NCBI RefSeq assembly: GCF_001194135.2
Contig: NC_068984.1
Location: 83,047,213-83,100,781 of the forward strand
DNA length: 53,569 nt
Direction of reading: 5' to 3'
Source of the DNA: Octopus bimaculoides
Taxonomy: Eukaryota
Of the stretch, positions 46,086-53,569 are shown piece by piece (the stretch's first letter is position 1; each line of letters starts with the position of its first letter). Position numbers and translations under genes: made by a program. Below the pieces are notes generated by a model. The model saw only the letters and a list, made by a program, of their open reading frames with translations, was not told the origin of the DNA and ran no database searches.

Positions 46086-47338
46086 AATACAATAGAAAAT
46101 ATCAAAACAAAACACTTTATATATCCAAGATACACAAAGTTGCGCTCGAATGTACAGTGAAACAACACGATAAAAACAAGACCAATGAATAAAAAATAAA
46201 ATTTATTTATTTGTTAAACAACTGTCTCACACTTTCAGTTGCGCTGCTGCTTTTTACAAAAATAAATAATAAAGACAGAGATGTTTATACCCATTGCACA
46301 TAAATAGATTATTGTCACTACTACATCCTATGATTAACGGATCATGTTCAACAACAGAAATCTACACTGAAAGACGTGTAAAGCAAAAACAAACCAAAAA
46401 ATCTAAGTAAAAAGCTATGAAAATATGATCAACTATCTTATTTACATGTGCTTCTAGCTAGTTTAAAAAATAGTATATATCGTTTTATGCCAAGGTATAG
46501 TAACTTATTTATTCAGGAAAAATCTCTCGCGAATATTAGATGAATTCTGGAGACAAATGGCACATTCATTGAGAATGATGATTCATTAGTCTTATCTGAA
46601 ATAATCGTTCGAGCAGCTAAGAAAATTATAGCTAACAAGTCGGACATCGTAATTGAAATTTTTTGAAGAACTAGAATATAACTTTATCGACGTAATCGAA
46701 CAAAGGCATTAAAACTTCCGTGAAAATACGACAAAAGCTGTCAAAATATGGTGATGGTGATTTTTGATATGAAAGCTAGTTTTGAAAACGAATCCTCATA
46801 TATAATATATTCAGGAAAACACTCAGGTGATATAATATCGAGAGAAAAAAAGATTTCCACCAAAAGACGAGAATATTGAATAGGAACGTTCCTATAAAAG
46901 AAATAATAATTTTGATAATATGAAACTGAAATTTATCAAAATATGAAACGAAACTCGTTCTAGATCATTACAGTTGACTCTGCTTAACTATAACAATAAA
47001 AATTTCGCTAACTGATATTCTAATGTAATTAACTGGAATATGTAATTAATTGAATTCGTCTAGAAGGCAATAAATTATGAGATTTCAATAGTAATATGAC
47101 ATTAGGTCTATAGAAAGGTATTATGGGTATATTATTCGTACCTAGAAAGGATAGATTTGCTGGATCTAATCTAAATATTATAGGTATGTATCGATATAAC
47201 ATTCGTTTAACTCAACTTTTATACATTTGATATTATTCTTGTTTAATCAGAAAATGGCTTTTACACACTTTTATTTAATCAACGATAAATAATTAGACTC
47301 ATGCAGATTAAAATAAAACAAAGTGGGCCAGCCGCAGC

Positions 47339-47490
47339 TTAACCATTTAATTAACATATTTCTGTTGAAACACGATGTCTTTGTTTCAATTAAATTTTGA
47401 TGGGAATTTTTAATTTATATCACTTTAAAACATGAAGTTTGTATCATAAAATCAAGAGTGATTTTATACGGGTCAGTAGCAAAAGATTAA
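47339..47490. mobile_element. Possible decayed TTAA-flanked (piggyBac-like) MITE
   Basis: TTAA-CC...CAAAAGA-TTAA ends; terminal repeats are poorly conserved. Confidence 0.3.
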
Positions 47491-48129
47491 TATAGTCGAT
47501 AATGAAAAAAAAAATCAAAAATAAATTACATCCTATTCACCATTTATTCAAAACAATTCCAAATTATCTCTCAAGAAATTTTATCTACAATGAAGTTTTT
47601 TTTTCATTTAAGTTTTTTAGTGGACAATAAAAAATGAAGTCACACAACAATCTGAACTCTCATACTGACTGTCACCTTTTTTTAGTCATCAAGAAAACGG
47701 AATTTCTCGGAATCACTTTATTATCGAATCACATGTTCAATTTTATGCTTCATTTTACTACTTTTAACCTAAAAGTTGGGAAAAAATATTATGCAATTAA
47801 CCAAAATTAGCATTATTTGCATATTCAATGTGACCGATCAATTTTATATACATTTCATGGTAAACGGTTCATTTTATTTTTATTTTTTGTAAGTTATGAA
47901 ATTGTCCAGTGTGCAATCCAGTATGCAATTAAATGTAATCAACTGCAAAACTTAGATATGAAGTATGATTTAGACAGTAGTTGCCCGGCAAGTGGTCGTT
48001 ATGTGGTTCGAGTCACTCCGGTGAACCTGTTTTTCTGTCACAACTTACCTGTAGCAATATCATAGTTAGCAAGTGAAAAGATAAAGCTGGAATTATCGGT
48101 AAATATTTGTAACAAAATCACTTTAATAT

Positions 48130-48715
48130 AAATAATTGTTTGTGGTAGGATTTGAACAGAAAATATAGAGGCAAAATATTTTGTTCAGCGCTCTAACGTA
48201 TGTTATTAACTTCCTTTAACAGAAATGATTTCTAACGAAGACATACTATGGTTATTCGGGGAGGGGTTTGGTATCTAATCAAATTTTATCAACGAAATAC
48301 TTGACTGATCCTTTATTTTAATGACCCATATAACACAGAAGTTTGAAATGCAAAGTTGATCACAAGATTATTAACTCAGAACGTGACTAATAATTTTATT
48401 GACCCTAGAAGTATGAAAAGTAGATTACATCAGCGAAATTTGAACTCAGAGCTTGGGTAGTACTTCTATGTTCAAATCCCCTTGTGGTAAACCTTACAAA
48501 CCGCTGAAGTCAATAAAATAAATTTGGTTCTTTATGTTACCAGAAGGTTAAAATGCTGCATTGTTAACCATAGAGGAATATGAAATCAAACCGAGATTAA
48601 TTTTTGACCCAAGAATTTTGAAAAGCAAAGTTGATCAAAGCGGGATTTGAACTTGAGTAGTACTTTATAGCACTTTATTTTAATAGTCCCGGAAGGTGGA
48701 AATGCAATGTTGAAC
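48130..48715. repeat. Array of old SINE family A core fragments
   Basis: Recurrent TTTTATTGACCC.GAA...GAAA.GCAAAGTTGA...ATTTGAACT motifs (about 48310, 48395, 48600, 48675), plus one inverted piece near 48465-48520. Confidence 0.55.
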
Positions 48716-49086
48716 ACACAATAAAGGGCCGCTGCCCTCAATATCACACAGTTATTTATAGGTCTGATGTTTACTATTCAACCTCTAATAATATAAATGT
48801 TCAAGAGAAATAATTATAGTGCTATTTTCACTGTTGATTAAATATATCCTGTAGTTGTCACCTCTACCAACATTCTGTGTTGCTGGAGATGCAATAATCA
48901 AGTTATATTTAAAGCAAGTAAGGAGTTCGGTCAATGAAATCAGGACTGGCTAGCCTCATTGGTCCGTTTGTGTGTTATGTTGTCGTATATTGCGTGTGTT
49001 TGAAAAGTATTGTGTGGGAAAGGAAAGAACTGGAGATGTGCGATGAGAGGGATTGGGGGAAATAAAGATATTGTACGTGTAGGGAG

Positions 49087-49144
<58 letters not shown>

Positions 49145-49459
49145 TTGTGTGAGATATACTGAGCCTAAGTTATAGGGCATAAAGCATTCACGTACATGTA
49201 TGTATGTATGTATGTATGTATGTATGTATGTATGTATGCATGTATATATGTACCGACGCACATGCATATATATTTGTACATGTATGGATANNNNNNNNNN
49301 CGACGCACATGCATATATATTTGTACATGTATGGATAAGAGAAATTATAGAAGGAACACATCTAGGCAATCAATACAAATTCCAAAGCATAATTTAAAGC
49401 ACACAACATTATGTTTTTGTATATAGAATACTTAAAACGCCATTTATACATTTAATGTA

Positions 49460-49480
49460 CCCCTGAAACGGCTGTAGATG
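49460..49480 (+). ncRNA. Orphan 3' half of a hammerhead motif
   Basis: CCCT-GAAAC-GGCT-GTA-GATG resembles the 43059 family; no upstream CYGANGA was found. Confidence 0.25.
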
Positions 49481-49639
49481 ATGTCCTTTACACGAATTTG
49501 TATATTTATCTTATCTAATAATTCTTACCAAATTTATTTACCCCTGAATTTTTATGCCAGTGAAATACTCAACCACTTCGTATTTTCATTCCGATTCATC
49601 GAACAACTTACTTCTTATATGAGGAAATCGATAAGAGAA

Positions 49640-49830
49640 CCCGTATTGTATGTATGTATGTATGTATGTTTTGTATGTATATATTGTATGTATATATTGT
49701 TTTTATATATATTTTGTATGTATGTATGTATGCATGCATGCATGCATGTATGAATGTATGTATGTATGTATGTATGTATGCATGTATGTATGTATGTATG
49801 TATGTATGTATGCGTGTGTATGTACGTATG
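49640..49830. repeat. (TATG)n tetranucleotide tract
   Basis: Direct reading. Confidence 0.95.
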
Positions 49831-50021
49831 TATACTCTAATAGGAATTACATAAGAACTCAATGCAAAATACAGTAAAACATATTTTAATATAGTCTCCA
49901 GGCCTAAGTGCTAAGATTCTTAAGTTTGTAATTACTTGTAATCCATTAGACATTCAGGTGTCCATAAATTACCTTTATAATCAGAAAGATTCATAAAAAA
50001 AAAGAATAACTCAGCAAAGTT

Positions 50022-50149
50022 TCCCACCACATGGTTCCGGGTTCAGTCCCACTGTGTGGCACTTTGGACGATTGTCTTCTACTTTTGCCTCAACCCGACC
50101 AAAGCCTTGTGAATGGATTTGGTAGACAGAAACTGAAAGAAGTCCATCG

Positions 50150-50190
<41 letters not shown>

Positions 50191-50250
50191 ATATACATAT
50201 ATGTGTGTGCGTACGTGCATGTGTGTATGTATCTTTGTGTCTGTGTTTGT
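50022..50250 (+). mobile_element. SINE family B copy
   Basis: CCACATGGTTCCGGGTTCAGTCCCACTG...CCAAAGCCTTGTGAATGGATTTGGTAGACAGAAACTGAAAGAAG. Confidence 0.85.
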
Positions 50251-51099
50251 ACGTATCTGCCTGTGTATGAAAGAAAGAGAGCGCGTGTTAATGAGTGGAG
50301 GTGAAAGTGTCTGTCTGTGGTGTGTGTATGCTTGTGATTAACCAGGAGCTCGGTAATAACCGAGTGGATGAAGTGTATGTGTTTGAGAGAAAGAGAAAGA
50401 GGGGGGAGAGAGAAAAGGAGACGGAAAGAGGAAGGAAGGGAGTAGTGAATGTGTTTTCTAGAAATAGATCACTTGTTATGTCCGACATTATCAATGTAGT
50501 AGGGTGGTTGGATGTCGTATAAAGTGCAGTGAAATGATTGCTCGGCTAATATCGGGGTCTAGACATGAAAAGTCGATAATATATTAAATGATATAATCAG
50601 AATATCGATCGGACTGTAGCGCCTTCAAGCCTCCATCCCCCGCCACACTTGAGTCACCTTTCCCTGTCTTTTTGCATGCCCGTCTCAAGGTTTACAGCTA
50701 TTAACAGGTATGACTATTAACATAGATATTTTCAGCCGTTATTGTGCTTTAACTCTAAGTCGACCCAGATACAATCAGACCAACCAACGAGGCGTTCCAG
50801 CCGTGACTATCCTGTTTTCTTGTATGTCAGGGAGTGCATTTTTAAGATAATTGGGTCCGACTTGAGATAAATTAGGAAGCTGTTTGTAATAGGCTGAGCA
50901 ACCGCATAAAGGCAGGTGTCTTCATGAGCAACATGAAACTACTGTTACAACTCTTATCTAACCTTTATGTAGAGAAGTATTTCGACAACGGTGGAGAAAA
51001 ACGTCGACTTTAGAGTATTATTACTTACAGTTTAATCAGACTTGTCGCCGTCGAAATAGTTCCCTCAACTTTAAAAAAAAACAGTTTCGTCTGTGGTAT

Positions 51100-52890
51100 T
51101 TGATTGCCTTTCAACGAATATTGAAAAGGTTTTCTCAAACACCACTAAAGAAGCTTTATTTAACAGGCTAATCGAGAGAACCGGGAAGCGTAATCAAACG
51201 TCCTGGAAAGCCTATTTCTTCAAGATCTGACTGCCAGCATATCTGCAGATAAATCCAGCTTCAAATTACGAAAATATCCCCCAGCTCCAGGTAAAAGACG
51301 TCTCACACATTCTCAATGACAAAACAATTCCACGCATATATGACTTTCTACGAACACCATTTCCGAAACATATAAGAAAATCTCTACCTACATAGACATA
51401 AACAATGAAGTGAAAGAGCTAGCCACCCGTCTAAATGCAGAGGATTGTGCGACTCCCTATATCAAGCTTACGGCCCATAACCTCAGCTTCCTTTTGTATC
51501 ATCAATATAGGCTGATCAACCCAACCTCAGGGCGAGGAAAGCATCGTAAGTATGAGCATTGTTGATGCCATCAATTCTAATATTAGAAGGACTAGACTGT
51601 TGAACCAATGAGACTGCAGCGTTGCAGCTATCAACTATTTCTGCGACATTGAAAATAACGCAGCCCGCAAGTTTATTCAGTTCGATATTATAGATGTGTA
51701 CCATTTAATTTTGAAATCCCTCTTCCTGAAGGTCCTAGATTTTGGTAGACAATCCACCTCTATGTCAGAATCATCATAAAAGACAATCCTTTTTCGCAAT
51801 GATTCCTACTCGGGTAAAAAATGGAAGGCGACTTACTGCTCGACGTATCCATAGGAAACTACAACGGCCGCTGACCCCGATGGATTATTTATACTGGATA
51901 TCTTAAAGAAATGCACAAATCCTCATTGTTCGCAAGCCCTATAAACGGCCACGCCATGAATAAGTTCAGGAAGAATATAATAAATATCTTCAAAGAATTC
52001 GGCCTAACTATAAAAGTTACCACAAGCTAGATAAAAGTCGACTTTCTGTGCATAACCATAGACTTCAGGATAAGTAAACAATCTCTTCAGAAAATTTAAT
52101 GAGGAAACTATTTATATCCTCAGTTACTCCAACCACCTCCAGCTGTCATTACAAATCTAGCTACAAGCATCTGTAGAAGAATTTATCCTTCAGCAGACGG
52201 AGAGATGTTCGATAGAACAGCAACTCACAATACGAGGCATTAACAAGGAACGACTTTACCAACAAGTTAGCATATATGGAGAACCCTCCCCCAACTCCAA
52301 GCTAAAGACTTAGAAATAGAAAAATAATCTGGTTCAATCCTCTATTCAACCTAGAATTTCCACAAATAAACTAGGAGCTTCCTGACGCTAATTGAAAAGC
52401 ATATTCCAAAGACCCAAACATATAAACTCTTCATCCCCCATAACGTCATGGTTAGCTACTCATGTTGAAATAATATCGCTACAAACACTGCACGTTAATA
52501 AACACACATACACAGCCTCTATTCCAAACTGTAACTGTTGAAATCCTATCAACTTCCCACTGGGGGGATCCTGTTTCTTAAAGTCTGTAGTCTACCATCA
52601 GATGGCATCACAAGACACTGTACGGGTACGACAGCAAATGACTTTAATGGAAGATATATACAAAACATGTAGGAATAAGGAAAATTGCAGCTCGCTGTTC
52701 TGCTTCATTTGAAGACTTCCGGATCATCGAGATGACTTCCCCAACGTCAAATGGAGTGTCCTTGATAGAGCCCCTTCTTACTCACCTGGATCTCGTAACT
52801 ACCAACTCTGCCTCTACGGAAAACTGCACCTACTCAACCAGTACGTAGTATCAATCAACAAGGACATCCTGCTGCTAAGTGCTGAACCTT
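51100..52890 (+). mobile_element. Penelope-like retroelement (RT and C-terminal GIY-YIG endonuclease), decayed
   Basis: QTSWKAYFFK, RLINPTS, IVDAINSNIRRTRLLNQ, KFIQFDIIDVY, KFRKNIINIFKEFGLTIKV...VDFLCITID, YILSYSNH, KIIWFNPLFN, CNC*NPINFPLGGSCFLKSVVY, WSVLDRAPSYSPGSRNYQLCLYGKLHLL; many stops and frameshifts, and the RT DD motif is not visible. Confidence 0.85.
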
Positions 52891-53419
52891 TGACCACCGA
52901 TATCCCGGATATACGAGCCAAAGTCTAGCCGATCCACACACAAAGTCAGGACATATGCTCCCTGCTGTATAGACTGCAGCTTACTCACGTTAGTAACGTG
53001 CCTTCATGTAATATCTGCTATCACTAATGCGTTCAAATTTCGTAGAATGATGATTGATCTTGCCCATTCAACCATGTAACGGTATCCATTTTTAAGAAAC
53101 TGATGTCGTTACTCATACTATATTACAGTTAAAGTGACGCAGCACCTGAGCTTCTTATCTGCAACAAGTGGACATAAAAATAAAGAAAATAAACGATGTT
53201 GCTTTGATAGTATTACAACCGTGTGACTGCTGCAGAACAATAAAGACCTACATACCTAGAAGCCATTTTGAATTTTCTTCAAGGTTTCTACCCTTTCATC
53301 GAACGTCTGCCGAGGTGGATGCAAAGCTTTAAGTAATCAGGAGCTGACTCTGTTATTAGATACATGTAACTCCAATCAAATATATTGATAGCTAATTTCT
53401 TTTATTTGTTCATACTTGT

Positions 53420-53490
53420 ACGTACATACATACATACATACATACATACATACATACATACATACATACATACATACATACATACATACA
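53420..53490. repeat. (TACA)n microsatellite
   Basis: Direct reading. Confidence 0.95.
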
Positions 53491-53569
53491 TTATTCTTGA
53501 TAAATAATACAAAACAATCCAAAATACTACTCGACACGGAGAGGTAGAGTAACATATTCCTATTTATAA

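Larger units (their letters stand above)
1452..49300. other. Ten assembly gaps: 1452-1511, 2330-2508, 6134-6308, 16658-16732, 20581-21337, 23576-23998, 28563-28701, 40091-40746, 41751-42137, 49291-49300
   Basis: Runs of N. Confidence 0.98.

Noticed and set aside
46480-46900. Decayed transposase-like segment and the 16-bp palindrome ATAGGAACGTTCCTAT (46880-46895)
   Set aside because: No diagnostic motif; one such palindrome could occur by chance.
49254-49337. Exact 37-bp direct repeat around a 10-N gap
   Set aside because: Typical unmerged contig overlap.
53047-53110. Hammerhead downstream of the Penelope-like ORF
   Set aside because: The core is ATGATGA, 24 extra nt precede GAAAC, and stem I does not pair.

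Overview
AT-rich, microsatellite-dense animal genomic DNA with ten assembly gaps and no host protein-coding gene that I can support. The repeat families look like those of octopus/coleoid cephalopods; this is inferred from repeat content and not verified. The window is a mosaic of (i) four tRNA-derived SINE families, (ii) decayed autonomous retroelements: several R4/Dong-type RLE LINE pieces, a Tx1/L1-type LINE, a Penelope-like element (PLE) with C-terminal GIY-YIG, a Gypsy integrase scrap and a possible RTE relic, (iii) MITE/foldback elements and a Helentron-associated (HINE-like) element, and (iv) simple repeats. The most notable signal is a set of about nine minimal type I hammerhead-ribozyme (HHR) motifs from several sequence families. 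Four have a complete core, one of them carrying an 88-nt insert in stem II, and three sit inside or next to foldback inverted repeats. An HHR-PLE link is established in general; these families, the cargo-bearing HHR and the foldback architecture may be uncharacterised. All alignments and translations were done by eye, and repeat boundaries are approximate (about +/-10 nt) unless given exactly.
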